DNA of 64,000 bases from an uncultured Solirubrobacterales bacterium (GCA_963781325.1 CAWAFK010000001.1:78491-142490), one strand, 5' to 3'; counted from the stretch's first letter, positions 9,701 through 19,591 are shown. Translations and numbers: made by a program. Notes: generated by a model not told the origin, from the sequence alone.

Positions 9701-9752
9701 CTGGCCGAACCGGGGATGCTCGCCGGAGGCGAGTGTCTCCCGGCTTCGGTCG
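9701..9752. repeat. 52-bp palindromic dispersed element, copy 1 (intergenic)
   Basis: 46/52 identical to 38819-38870; folds into a long hairpin with a GGA loop. Confidence 0.85.
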
Positions 9753-9795
9753 GGCGCCCCTTGCTCCGGTCGATTGCCGATAGGATCGATTTCCT

Positions 9796-10338
9796 GTGGC
9801 ACGTGCCCGCTCCCGCAAGCGTCGTCCCACCGGCGCCAAGCGGGCACCGGCGGGAGCAAAGAAAGGTGTCGCCTCCCCAGCGGGTTCATCCGGTAGCGCC
9901 AAAGTGTCGCGTTCGCCTGCCGCGCCCACCTATGGCGAGCGCCCCAACGCGCCCTGGCACCCGCTGCCGCTGTCCGAGCTGCTGATCCTCGTTGGCGCCG
10001 TTGCCGCCGCGCTGGGGCTGATCCGCTCGGGCCACGACGCCTCGGGCGGGGGGCGGCTGCTGCTCGCCGGCCTCGGCGCGGTGGGGATCGGCACGATCGA
10101 GGTGACCCTGCGCGAGCACCGCAGCGGCTACCGCTCGCACACCGTGATGCTCGCCGGGTTGCTGGTGCTCGTCTTCGACTCGATCCTCGTGCTCGCGCTC
10201 ACCGCGATCACGACGCTGCCGCGGCTGTTCAGCCTTGTCCTGATCGCGCTCGACTTCGCGCTGTTCGCGGTCCTCTTCAAACTGCTCCGCGCCCGCTTCG
10301 TCGAGGCGCGTCATGCGCGGGTGATCAGAGAAGGGTGA
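9796..10338 (+). CDS. Conserved hypothetical membrane protein (about 4 TM)
   Basis: ERP.APWHP.PLSEL and REH.SGYRSH motifs; hydrophobic segments. Confidence 0.75.
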   Translation: MARARSRKRRPTGAKRAPAGAKKGVASPAGSSGSAKVSRSPAAPTYGERPNAPWHPLPLSELLILVGAVAAALGLIRSGHDASGGGRLLLAGLGAVGIGTIEVTLREHRSGYRSHTVMLAGLLVLVFDSILVLALTAITTLPRLFSLVLIALDFALFAVLFKLLRARFVEARHARVIREG

Positions 10339-10407
10339 GGTGGGGGTGGGCTTGCTCCGCGCGCGCTCCCGATGCGTCCGAGCGCGGGTGATCAGAGCAG
10401 GGTGAGG
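10315..10407. repeat. 26-bp direct repeat carrying the stop codons of two convergent genes
   Basis: GCGCGGGTGATCAGAG(A/C)AGGGTGAGG at 10315-10340 and 10382-10407. Confidence 0.85.
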
Positions 10408-11246
10408 GCGGCCGCTGGGTCGCGGCCCAGCTCGGGGGGCTCGGGCGCAGCCCACCGCTCCTCGGCGGCTGGAACGACGCCGGGGACGTCGTAGTCCAGT
10501 CGGTTGTCCCGGCCGGCGATCACCGTGGGGTCGCCGCAGATCTCGATCAGCCGTGAGAACGTGCGCATGCCGATGTGGTCGGCCAACTCGCGGGCGTTGT
10601 AGGCGAGCGGCCCATCCGCGTCGGAGTCGACGTCGGAGGTGAACACGATCGCGCGCTGCTCCTCGTAGCGCGCGTTGACGATCAGGTACAGCTGCTCCAG
10701 CACCCACTCGGTGGGACGCACCACGCGCAGATCCTCGATGTGCAGTAGCTCGACTTCGGCAAGCGTCCTGATCACGTCGCTGCGGCGCTCGCGACTGTCG
10801 GCGTCGATCGTGTCCCGCAGCCTGTTCAGGAGCGCCACCGCGTTGAAGCTCAGCACCGAGTGACGACCGCGCGCGGCGGTCGCCGCGATCGTGTAGCCGA
10901 GGGTCGTCTTGCCGGTGCCCGTATGCCCCATCAACCACAGGCCCCTGCCCTCGGCGAGGTTGCGCTGGATGTCGGCGCAGTAGCGCTTCACCTTGCGCAC
11001 CGAGTCGGCGTTCAGCGGATCCCTGGCGAGCTGCGTGAGCGGGGGGCGCTCCCAGGAGAGGTCCATGTAGCGGCGCGGCACCCGGTCGCGCAGGTGACGC
11101 GCTCGCGCGTTGGCCACCCGCTGTGCGCGGCAGGCACAATCCCGCGCGCTGTTGGTCTCCTCGTCGATCTCGAAACCGCTGCCATCGCAGATTTCGAGCG
11201 GGCAGCGCGGGTGGTCGTCGGAGGAGCGGGGGCGGGAGGAGCGCAT
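10392..11246 (-). CDS. DnaC/DnaI/IstB-like AAA+ ATPase with an N-terminal Cys cluster
   Basis: CPLEICDG..DCAC, Walker A GHTGTGKT, Walker B LLHIEDL, IVNARY, FTSD, RTFSRL, G.DNR. Confidence 0.85.
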   Translation of the reverse strand: MRSSRPRSSDDHPRCPLEICDGSGFEIDEETNSARDCACRAQRVANARARHLRDRVPRRYMDLSWERPPLTQLARDPLNADSVRKVKRYCADIQRNLAEGRGLWLMGHTGTGKTTLGYTIAATAARGRHSVLSFNAVALLNRLRDTIDADSRERRSDVIRTLAEVELLHIEDLRVVRPTEWVLEQLYLIVNARYEEQRAIVFTSDVDSDADGPLAYNARELADHIGMRTFSRLIEICGDPTVIAGRDNRLDYDVPGVVPAAEERWAAPEPPELGRDPAAALTLL

Positions 11247-11252
11247 CGAGCT

Positions 11253-11552
11253 CTAGTCAAGCAAGCGCTCCGGCGTGAGGGAGGGCAGAACGTGCATCTT
11301 CCAATCTTTTTCGCCTGCCTCTCCTCGCGTCTCGCCATCGAATCCAAGCTGCTCCAAGCGCGCGATCTCGCGCTCGCCCTCCACCCGCGCCGGGTGGCCC
11401 TCCGGCAGGCCCGCGATCAGCCGCGCGATCCGCTCGCGCAGCTGCAGCGCGAAGTGGGGGGTGGAGGCCCCCATCAGCTGGCGCACGTCCTCGACGGTCA
11501 CCTCGTGCGCGCTCACGCGCTGCAGGCGGTTGGGGTCCTCGGCTTGGCTCAT
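11253..11552 (-). CDS. Hypothetical protein (99 aa)
   Basis: Clean ORF, stop 6 nt upstream of the ATPase start. Confidence 0.7.
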   Translation of the reverse strand: MSQAEDPNRLQRVSAHEVTVEDVRQLMGASTPHFALQLRERIARLIAGLPEGHPARVEGEREIARLEQLGFDGETRGEAGEKDWKMHVLPSLTPERLLD

Positions 11553-11555
11553 CGC

Positions 11556-11616
11556 GTGGGGGCCGCCGCGGTGGTTGGTGGGAGTGGGGCCGCCGCGGTG
11601 GTTGGTGGGAGTGGGG
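11556..11616. repeat. 27-bp tandem duplication directly after a stop codon
   Basis: GGGGCCGCCGCGGTGGTTGGTGGGAGT twice. Confidence 0.85.
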
Positions 11617-13022
11617 TCATGGTGTCGTCGTGGTGGGCGCGGTGGCCGTCGGTTCGGTGGAGGTCGTCGTCGGTTCGGTGCTCGATGGCGCCGCGGGGAT
11701 GGTCGAGCTCGTGGCTCCCTGGGGGGCGATCTCGAGCATCGTGTCCAGTTCGGCCTGCACGCTCGACGTGATCGCTTCGCCGTCCCCGATCAGCCAGCCG
11801 TGATTGTACGCGCCTCGCACCGGCTGGTATTCGGGCGCGTCGCTGTAGGCCGGTTGGATGTCGCCCAGGTATTCCCTCAGCCCCCCGGGCACCTGATTGG
11901 GATGTTCCAGCAGCAGCAGCGGCGCGTAGTCTCCGTTGGCTGACAGCGGCGCCGCGGCGGGGGCGTCCAGCGGACGGGAGGCGTTGGCGAACGCCAGACC
12001 GTGACCGGGCTGGTCGATGCCCCAGCCAAACGGCCCGTCGGAGTAGCGGGCCACGGCGATCGCGTTGTCCGCCGGATCTTCCCCGCTTGTGCCTGGTCCC
12101 GAGGCTCCGTCCGTGCCCGGCGTCGGGTAGATCCGCCGCACCGAGCCGAACCGCGCCAGCTTGGCGAGCACGGCGTGGCTCACCGCCAACGGGGGACCCA
12201 CCGCGTAGATGACGGGGCGGTGCAGGCGCGCCAGCACCCTGCGGGTCGCGGGCGGGATGCCGGCGGCATTCACGGGCAGGATCGGAGTGCCCGACTCGGC
12301 GGCGAGGCCCGCGGCGGGCATCGCCAGCGCCCGTGGTCCGTCCGCGCCGACCACGATCACGCGGTGGGGACGGCCTCCGTGGATGACTGCCACGAGCTGC
12401 TCCACCTGCGCCGCGACGGACGCCGGCCCGTTGCCGCCCGCTTCCTTGGTGGTGGAGCCTGCACCCGACGCACCGTCCGTCGTTGCTGTCGGTTCGCCCC
12501 CCGGCGCGCCGTCAGCCGATCCGGTGGGGCTGGCGCTCAACGTCTCCGTGCGGAAGCCGGCGGGGGCCACGGCGGCGCCGACCGCGATCACCTGGGCGCC
12601 GCCGAGCAGCGCGGCGCCCGTGGGCTTCAGCGCCGCCAGCGCCTGCGCCGAGAGCGCCGGCAGGGAGCTGCCTTCGCTGTACAGGATGGGCGCGCGCAGG
12701 GGGGAGCTCGCCAGCGCGGCCGCCGCCAGCGCGGCCGTCCAGTCGTGGTCGTCGACCAGCACCACCGCCTGCGGATGCGTCGCCGGGGTGAGCCCCGGGT
12801 AGGTGGCGAGCGCCACCGCCGCCGCGTCGGCGACGGGGTTCGCGCCGCCCAGCCGCGTGGTGTTCTTGGTCGCCAGCCCGCTCGCCGCCAGCTGGCTCGT
12901 GCCGGCCACCGTGGTGACCGACGCTCCACGGTCCTGGCCTTCGCTGGGCAGTGACTTGCCACAGCCCGCGAGCGTCGCGCCAAGCAACAGCGCGGCGGCC
13001 AGTCGAAGCGGGGGGAGGGCAT
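11617..13022 (-). CDS. Lipoprotein with cell-wall-binding (CWB2-like) repeats; the 5' end probably has a frameshift near 13010
   Basis: Lipobox LAGC, TTRLGG.N, APIL, PILP, APLLL repeats; Thr/Pro-rich tail. Confidence 0.75.
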
Positions 13023-13046
13023 CTCCGAGACACTATCTGCGGGGCA

Positions 13047-13092
13047 GGCGGCGGGGAGTCGCTGCCGAGGGCGGCGGGGAGTCGCTGCCGAC
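13047..13092. repeat. Two tandem 23-bp hairpin units downstream of hipA
   Basis: GGCGGCGGGGAGTCGCTGCCGA twice; each unit is self-complementary. Confidence 0.8.
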
Positions 13093-13095
13093 AGG

Positions 13096-14334
13096 TCAGT
13101 AGCCCTCGGTGGCGTACGGGTTGAGGAACTGCCGGCGCCAGAACGCGGCGCGATCGACCTCGGTCAGAGCGGCCCGGTCGCATACGTCGGCCCAGTGGGT
13201 CTCGATCGTCTCGAGCTGGTGGTCGACGATCTCACGGGCGTCGGGCTCCGAGAGCAGGTATGTGGATGCGCGGGCGACACAGCCGGCGACCTGGCTCATC
13301 CGGTAGCCGTCAGGGCCGATCGCCATGAGCTGCGCGGTCTCGCCGCCGGCACGTGGCTGCGGGCAGATGTCGTAGGCGGGGGTGAGGGTGAGGGCGGCCC
13401 CATCCCAGAACGCAGCGTGGTTACGGGCGTGGTCGTCGTTGTTGCCCGTCAGGATGTTGAACACGATGCGGGCGAACAGCTCGCGCAGCGTCCGGCGCGG
13501 ATTGGTGAAGCGAGCGCGGATCGCCTGTGCGAGGTCGGCGTAGCTCGCATACCTCGCGCCCACCTCGTCGAGCCCGAGGATCGTCAGCGCCGACACCATC
13601 GCGCGGCGACTGCCGCCGGCCGGCCGGTCGAAGCGGTCGATCAGCAGCACGTCCCTGCCGAGCGCGTGCGTGAGCTCGACCGTCGCGACGTTCAGGCCCG
13701 CAAGGTGCGCCAGCTCCATCGCCACGAACTCGCCCTTGACGACCGGGTAGGCGTCCGTGCTCGATCCGAACTTTGCGATCGACCGGCGGGCGCCGTCGCT
13801 CAGCAGCGCCTTCGGCCGAGCGCCGCCGACGGAGCTGCCGTGCAGCAGCGCCTGGTCGAGTGCGGGCGAGAGCGGGACGCCCTGCTCGACCCGCTCGGCA
13901 GACTCGGCGAGCTCCGTGAGCGTCGCGTTCCCCGCCGATCGCGCGAGGTGCTCTGAGGCTGAGGCCTGAAAATCCAGGGCGCCGATCCTGTCCGAGCCGG
14001 ATTCCAGCAGGTAGGTCAGGAGGTTCAGGTCCGTGGCGTCGAGTACGCCGCGGCCGACGCGGCGGTTGAGGATCACCCGTCGGCCCCACGCGTCCGGGGC
14101 CGCGTCGGCGATGCAGCCGGCCACGTCGCCGAGGAGCGGTGAGATTGGGCCGCGGCCCAGCGGCAGCTCCGGCAGGTAGAGCGCGATCCGGTCCTTGCGC
14201 GCGAGGTAGCTGCGCCCGTACGTGAACGTGACGATCTCACCGACCTGGTCCAGACGGCCGGCGACCACCGGGTCGGCCGCGCCGGGCAGCCACACCCACA
14301 CGAACGCCTGTTGTGGCTCGGCCTCAGAAGTCAT
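13096..14334 (-). CDS. HipA-family kinase toxin
   Basis: PDAWGR, DRIGALDF, GSSVGGARPK, RFDR, GNNDDHARNH, LTPAYD; start MTSEAE overlaps the antitoxin stop. Confidence 0.93.
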   Translation of the reverse strand: MTSEAEPQQAFVWVWLPGAADPVVAGRLDQVGEIVTFTYGRSYLARKDRIALYLPELPLGRGPISPLLGDVAGCIADAAPDAWGRRVILNRRVGRGVLDATDLNLLTYLLESGSDRIGALDFQASASEHLARSAGNATLTELAESAERVEQGVPLSPALDQALLHGSSVGGARPKALLSDGARRSIAKFGSSTDAYPVVKGEFVAMELAHLAGLNVATVELTHALGRDVLLIDRFDRPAGGSRRAMVSALTILGLDEVGARYASYADLAQAIRARFTNPRRTLRELFARIVFNILTGNNDDHARNHAAFWDGAALTLTPAYDICPQPRAGGETAQLMAIGPDGYRMSQVAGCVARASTYLLSEPDAREIVDHQLETIETHWADVCDRAALTEVDRAAFWRRQFLNPYATEGY

Positions 14335-14650
14335 CGTCCACCTCCGGCTTGCGCACGAGCTGCGGCAGCACCGCGAGACGGTCATCGACACGACCGGCCT
14401 CCAGCGAGCGGCGGGAGCGATCCTCGTGGAACAGCGGCACGCCGAGGACAGCCGCGGCCTCGAACGCGACACCCAGCCCGACCGTCAGATCGCCGCGCTC
14501 GACCTTGCGGATCGTCACGTGCGTGACGCCGACCCGATCGGCCAGTTCTTGGAGCGTCCAGCGGCGCTCACGCCGTGCCAGCCGGACACGCGCGCCGAGC
14601 AGCCGGGCCGCTTCGGCGGTGATGGGCGAGTATGTGCGCGTCCTCTTCAT
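14324..14650 (-). CDS. Xre/HipB-like HTH antitoxin
   Basis: RRERRWTLQELADRVGV...TIRKVERG HTH; upstream of and overlapping hipA. Confidence 0.9.
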   Translation of the reverse strand: MKRTRTYSPITAEAARLLGARVRLARRERRWTLQELADRVGVTHVTIRKVERGDLTVGLGVAFEAAAVLGVPLFHEDRSRRSLEAGRVDDRLAVLPQLVRKPEVDDDF

Positions 14651-14696
14651 GCGCGATATTATACTAGATGTAAAGCATTTATAGCGATATTATAGT
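14651..14696 (-). promoter_or_regulatory. Leaderless promoter/operator of the hipBA-like operon
   Basis: TATAAT 7 nt before the ATG; direct repeat TATAATATCGC twice, 30 bp apart; AT-rich. Confidence 0.65.
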
Positions 14697-14750
14697 TCTT
14701 AATTTGTGAGCGGCGCAAGCTTGGAATGGCGGTGAGCGCGTGGGTTGCGT

Positions 14751-14798
14751 GCTCGTGGACATAGACGCTTGTGGACATAGATGCTCGTGGACATCGAT
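14751..14798. repeat. 16-bp tandem repeat, three copies
   Basis: GCTYGTGGACATMGAY at 14751, 14767 and 14783. Confidence 0.85.
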
Positions 14799-14834
14799 CG
14801 CGCCGGCGGCGCCACGGTCGCTATCTTGTGTGCA

Positions 14835-15110
14835 GTGGCCACCTGCGCTCATCTGGATACGGTGGAGATCCTCGATCCGCCCGCGGATGTGGCCGGTTGC
14901 GAGGAGTGTCTTGCCAGCGGCGGGCGGTGGGTGCATCTGCGGATGTGTCAAACCTGCGGTCACATCGGCTGCTGTGACAGCTCGCCGGGGCGCCATGCGA
15001 CGGCTCACCATCGCGCCACCAGTCACCCGATCATCCGCTCGGCGGAGCCCGGCGAGACCTGGAGCTGGTGCTACGTCGACGAGCTGATGCTGCAGCTGCA
15101 CGCTCAGTGA
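14835..15110 (+). CDS. UBP-type zinc-finger protein
   Basis: C.H, CEEC, WVHLRMCQTCGHIGCCDSS..RHA..H, EPGE.W.WCYVDE. Confidence 0.92.
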   Translation: MATCAHLDTVEILDPPADVAGCEECLASGGRWVHLRMCQTCGHIGCCDSSPGRHATAHHRATSHPIIRSAEPGETWSWCYVDELMLQLHAQ

Positions 15111-15191
15111 GCCCGGTCCGTCCGAAGGTATCCTCGTGGGCTCCGCCTGGCCCCCGGAGGACCGGGGAATCTCAGCTGTGAGGTCGCGCTG

Positions 15192-16337
15192 ATGGACTTT
15201 GCGCTGAGCGACGAGCTCCGCGCCTTTCGCGACACCGTCGCCGCCTTCGCCCGCGACCGGCTGGCCGGCGACTACGCCGGCGCCGACCGTCGCGGGGCGT
15301 TCCGCGAGGGGCTCGAGCGCGAGATGGCGGAGCTTGGCCTGGTGGGGTTGCGCATCCCGCAGGAGCACGGCGGCCAGGGCGCGGATGCGCTCGTCGCCGG
15401 GATCGCCGTCGAGGAGGTGGCGCGCGCGGATCTGAACGCCTCCTACCTCGTCTTCCTGCCTGCGCTGGTGGCGGAGGTGCTGGTGGGCGCCGCCGACGAG
15501 CACCAGCGCGAGCGGTGGCTGCCGGCGATCGCCGCGGGCGATGCGCTGCCGTGCTTCTGCCTTACCGAGCCCGAGCACGGCTCCGACGCGGCGCGCCTGG
15601 GGCTGCGCGCGGAGCGTGACGGGGCCGGCTGGAGGCTCACCGGGGAGAAGACCTCGATCTCGCTCGGGATGAGCGCGCACACCGCGCTCGTGTTCGCGCG
15701 CACCGGCGGCGAGGGCGCGCGCGGCATCAGCGCGTTCTACATCGAGCTCGACGATCGCTACGTTCGGCGCTCTCCGTTCGAGGATCTCGGGGAGCGCGCG
15801 ATCGGCCGGGCGTCGCTGGCGTTCGACGGCCACCCCGTCGGCGCTGACGGACTGGTAGGGCGCGAAGGCGAGGGGTTTGTGCGCTGTATGCAGGGCTTCG
15901 ACTACTCGCGCGCGCTGATCGCGCTGATGTGCCTGGCGTGCGCTCAGCAGTCGCTCGACGAGGCGATCGCATACACGTGCGAGCGCCGCGCCTTCGGCCA
16001 GCCGGTCTCGCGCCAGCAGGCCGTCGCCTTCCCGCTGGTCGAGCTCGCGGCCCAGCTGCGCGGCGCGCGGCTGCTCAGCTACGAGGCGCTGTGGCGCAAG
16101 GACCGGGGGCTGCCCCACGCCCTGGAGGCCAACATGGTCAAGTGGTGGGGCCCGCGGCTGGCGGCCGAGGTGTGCCACCAGGCGCTGCTCGCCTTCGGGC
16201 ACGCCGCCTACAGCGAGGAACTGCCGCAGGCCCAGCGGCTGCGCGACGTCATCGGCCTGGAGATCGGCGACGGCACCGCCCAGATCGCCAGGCTCGTGGC
16301 GGCGCGCCACCTCTTTGGGCGGGAGTTCGCTCCGTAG
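15192..16337 (+). CDS. Acyl-CoA dehydrogenase (possibly cyclohexanecarboxyl-CoA dehydrogenase-like)
   Basis: LTEPEHGSDAA, R.AFGQP, FGHAAY, RDVIGLEIGDGT.QI. Confidence 0.9.
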   Translation: MDFALSDELRAFRDTVAAFARDRLAGDYAGADRRGAFREGLEREMAELGLVGLRIPQEHGGQGADALVAGIAVEEVARADLNASYLVFLPALVAEVLVGAADEHQRERWLPAIAAGDALPCFCLTEPEHGSDAARLGLRAERDGAGWRLTGEKTSISLGMSAHTALVFARTGGEGARGISAFYIELDDRYVRRSPFEDLGERAIGRASLAFDGHPVGADGLVGREGEGFVRCMQGFDYSRALIALMCLACAQQSLDEAIAYTCERRAFGQPVSRQQAVAFPLVELAAQLRGARLLSYEALWRKDRGLPHALEANMVKWWGPRLAAEVCHQALLAFGHAAYSEELPQAQRLRDVIGLEIGDGTAQIARLVAARHLFGREFAP

Positions 16338-16511
16338 AGAATCCCCTGCGGCGCTTTGTGCAAGCGGGCTTGTGCCCCCTGAGCGCGGCGAGTGACCGGT
16401 CACGGTCTGCGTCCCGTGCAAGCGCGCTCGCGCCGCCCCGCGCGCCACCCGCTCATCGTCTACCGTGCCCGTGGATGAGGGTGGCGCGACGCAGATCGGC
16501 ACGCTGAGAAC

Positions 16512-18152
16512 GTGCGCAGCCGCACGACGATCCTGATCCTGGGCACGGCGCAGTTCGTGATGGTGCTCGATAGCACCGTCATGAACGTCTCGATCTCCCA
16601 GGTCGTGGCCGACCTGCACACGACCGTGTCAGGGGTGCAGCTGGCGATCACCGCCTACACGCTGGTGATGGCGGCGTTCATGCTGACCGGCGCGAAGCTC
16701 GGGGACATCTTGGGGCGCCGGCGGGCCTTCTCGATCGGCCTTGCGATCTACGGGGTGGGGTCGTTGACGACCGCGCTCAGCCCCAACCTCGGCGTCCTGT
16801 TGATCGGCTGGTCGCTGATCGAGGGGCTTGGCGCGGTGCTCGTGATCCCCGCGATCGCCTCGCTCACCGCGGCCAACTACAGCGGCCGCGAACGGGCGCT
16901 TGCGTACGGGCTGCTCGGCGGGATCGCTGGCGCCGGCGCGGCCGCCGGGCCGCTGATCGGCGGCTTCGTCACCACAGAGTTCAGCTGGCGGGTGGTGTTT
17001 GCCGCGGAGACCGTGATCGTGCTCGTGCTGCTCACGTTCGTGCGCAAGATCGGCGACCGGCCGTCGGAGGAGCGGGTCGAGCTCGACCTGGTCGGGGCGG
17101 CGCTGTCGGCGCTCGGGCTTGGCCTCACCGTGTTCTCGATCCTCAAGATCTCCACCTGGGGCCTGTTCAAACCGATCGGGGCGCTCACGATCGGCGGCAC
17201 CGAGATCACCCCGTTCGGCTTCTCGGTCGTGCCCTTCCTGATCCTCGCCGGCCTTGTGATCCTCGGCCTCTTCGCCCGCTGGGAGCAGCGCGTGGCGGCC
17301 GCCGGGCGCACGCCGCTGCTGGCGCCCGACCTGCTGCGCATCCCGCAGCTGCGCGCCGGTCTCTCGACGCTCGTCTCGCAGTACCTGATCCTCGCCGGCA
17401 CTTTCTTCGTGCTGCCGCTCTACCTGCAGTTGGTGCTCGGCTACAACGCGCTGGAAACCGGCGTGAAGATCCTGCCGATCTCGGTGACGATGATGCTCGC
17501 CGCGGTACTCGGCCCGCGCCTGGCGACGCGCACCTCGCCCCGCAAAGTCGTGCAGATCGGGCTCGGCTTCCTGTTCGTCTCGATCGCCTGCCTGATGGCG
17601 AGCATCACTCCGTCGCTCTCCTCCGTCGCGTTCGCGCTCTCGCTGGCCGGCTTCGGCGTGGGGATCGGCCTGGCGTTCTCCCAGCTCGGCAACGTTGTGA
17701 TGTCATCGGTCGGGGAAGCGCGCTCCAGCGAGGCTGGCGGCGTGCAGGGCGCAGCGCAGAACCTCGGCCAATCGCTCGGTACGGCGCTGATCGGCGCGGT
17801 CCTGCTCACCGGCTTGACGACCGGCTTTCACCAGCGTGTGCTCGCCGACCCCGCGATTCCCGCGCAGGTGCAGCAGCAGGTGGTGCACGGCACCGAGGAT
17901 GGTCTGCCGATGGTCTCCCAAGCGCAGTTCAAGGCCGAGGTCGAGCAGGCCGGGCTACCGCCCGAACAGGCCACCAAGCTTGTCGGCTACTACAACGACG
18001 CGCAGCTCGAAGCGCTCAAGCGCTCGCTGCTCGTGGCCTGCGCGTTCGCGCTCGTGGGGTTGTGGTTCGCCCGCTCCCTGCCCGGTGAGGCGCTCGCCAC
18101 GGCGGAGGACCAGCCGGTGGCGTCCGCATCTCAACCGCAGCCGGCGGTGTAG
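16512..18152 (+). CDS. MFS transporter (DHA2-like, 14 TM)
   Basis: VLDSTVMNV, KLGDILGRRR, GPLIGG...SWR.VF. Confidence 0.9.
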   Translation: MRSRTTILILGTAQFVMVLDSTVMNVSISQVVADLHTTVSGVQLAITAYTLVMAAFMLTGAKLGDILGRRRAFSIGLAIYGVGSLTTALSPNLGVLLIGWSLIEGLGAVLVIPAIASLTAANYSGRERALAYGLLGGIAGAGAAAGPLIGGFVTTEFSWRVVFAAETVIVLVLLTFVRKIGDRPSEERVELDLVGAALSALGLGLTVFSILKISTWGLFKPIGALTIGGTEITPFGFSVVPFLILAGLVILGLFARWEQRVAAAGRTPLLAPDLLRIPQLRAGLSTLVSQYLILAGTFFVLPLYLQLVLGYNALETGVKILPISVTMMLAAVLGPRLATRTSPRKVVQIGLGFLFVSIACLMASITPSLSSVAFALSLAGFGVGIGLAFSQLGNVVMSSVGEARSSEAGGVQGAAQNLGQSLGTALIGAVLLTGLTTGFHQRVLADPAIPAQVQQQVVHGTEDGLPMVSQAQFKAEVEQAGLPPEQATKLVGYYNDAQLEALKRSLLVACAFALVGLWFARSLPGEALATAEDQPVASASQPQPAV

Positions 18153-18170
18153 AGTGCCCCGCACGTCCTA

Positions 18171-18216
18171 CCACCCTTGGCGGGCGAGGCCGGATCACCT
18201 TCGCGGCGAGGAGGCT
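18171..18216 (+). promoter_or_regulatory. Phased operator pair plus -10-like hexamer
   Basis: CCACCC-N5-GGGCGA at 18171, TCACCT at 18195 (+24), GAGGCT at 18211. Confidence 0.55.
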
Positions 18217-18224
18217 GCAGGCGG

Positions 18225-19505
18225 ATGACGAGCGCAGGCCCCACCGGAGCGAGCCCGTCCCCTGAGGGTGGCGCCCCTGCCGTGACGGGAGCCTCTGCCG
18301 CGACCGGCGGGGGTGGAGTTGCCGGTGGCGCGGTCGTGGCGCGGCGGCATCCGCCGGGGTTCTGGCGCGCGCGGACGCTGGTGATTCTGGCCAGCATCCT
18401 GATCATCTTCTCGATCATGGCGACGTGGATCCGCGCCCAGATCATCGATACCGAAGGCTGGACGCAAACCAGCGTGCGGCTGCTGCAGAACGAAAAGGTC
18501 CGCGAAGTCGTCGCCAGCGACCTCTCCGAACGGCTGCTGAGCGTCGTGGACGTCCAGAACCTCGCCGCTGAAAAGCTGCCGAAGGAACTGCAGCCGCTGG
18601 CGCCGCTGCTCTCCACCGCCGCGGCGCAGGTGGTGCCTCAGGCGATCGAAAAGGCGCTCGAAGTCCCCGCGATCCAGGAACTGTGGGGGCGTGCCAACCA
18701 CATCACGCACGAACAGGTGACGAGGATCCTCAACGGGGGCAGCGGCGCGCTCTCGACGTCAGGCGGCGTGGTGAGCATCAACCTCGAACTGCTGGTCGAC
18801 CGGATCGGCGAACGGCTGGGTGTGGGCAACGAAGTCGGCGCCAAACTGCCCGCCAACCGGCGCACGCTCGTGCTGCTGCGCTCCTCCCAGCTGAAGCTCG
18901 CGCAGGATGGCGTCAAAGCGATGCGCGGCCTCTCCTTCATTCTGCCGCTGCTGGTGGTGCTGATGTACATCGGCGCGCTCGCGCTCGGCGCCGGCTACCG
19001 CCGGCGGGTGCTGCTGGAGATCGGCGTGGGGATCATCGCCGGCGCGCTCATCTCGCTGGTGCTGCGCCGCTGGATCGAGTCCTACGTGGTGAGCAGCCTC
19101 GTGCACAACGAAGGCTTGCGGCCGGCGATGCGCGAAGTCATGGAGATCTTCACCGCCGGTTGGCGCAGCCGCGCGCTGTGGCTGTTGATCACCGGCGTCG
19201 TGGTGATCTTCGCCGCCTGGCTGGCGGGCCCGATGCGCTGGGCCAGGCGCCTGCGGGATCTGATCGCGACACCGCTCGAGCACCACCCGGCCTGGTTTGC
19301 CGCGGGGGCGGTCGCGATCGTGTTGCTGATCGCCACGCTCGGCCCGGCGCGCACGCCCGGGCAGGCGCTGCCGCTGTTGATCCAGCTCGTGCTCGTCGTC
19401 GTCGGCGTGCTCGCGCTGCGGCGCCAGATCGAGCAGGAGCGGGGGGAGGCGTCGTCGGCCGGTCCGCCGACGCTCGTACACCCACCACCGCCTGAGGCGG
19501 GGTAG
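18225..19505 (+). CDS. Integral membrane protein with a large extracytoplasmic region
   Basis: GAGGAGG RBS; N-terminal TM, soluble region, several C-terminal TMs. Confidence 0.8.
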   Translation: MTSAGPTGASPSPEGGAPAVTGASAATGGGGVAGGAVVARRHPPGFWRARTLVILASILIIFSIMATWIRAQIIDTEGWTQTSVRLLQNEKVREVVASDLSERLLSVVDVQNLAAEKLPKELQPLAPLLSTAAAQVVPQAIEKALEVPAIQELWGRANHITHEQVTRILNGGSGALSTSGGVVSINLELLVDRIGERLGVGNEVGAKLPANRRTLVLLRSSQLKLAQDGVKAMRGLSFILPLLVVLMYIGALALGAGYRRRVLLEIGVGIIAGALISLVLRRWIESYVVSSLVHNEGLRPAMREVMEIFTAGWRSRALWLLITGVVVIFAAWLAGPMRWARRLRDLIATPLEHHPAWFAAGAVAIVLLIATLGPARTPGQALPLLIQLVLVVVGVLALRRQIEQERGEASSAGPPTLVHPPPPEAG

Positions 19506-19591
19506 GATGCCCCGCCCCCGAGCGGCTGTTTGATCGCCTACGCGCGCGGACGATCCCCAACCCCCACCGCCTGAATGCCAGCGCGTCTAGC

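Noticed and set aside
10392-11246. IS21 element or prophage
   Set aside because: No IstA, terminal repeats, integrase or structural phage genes nearby.
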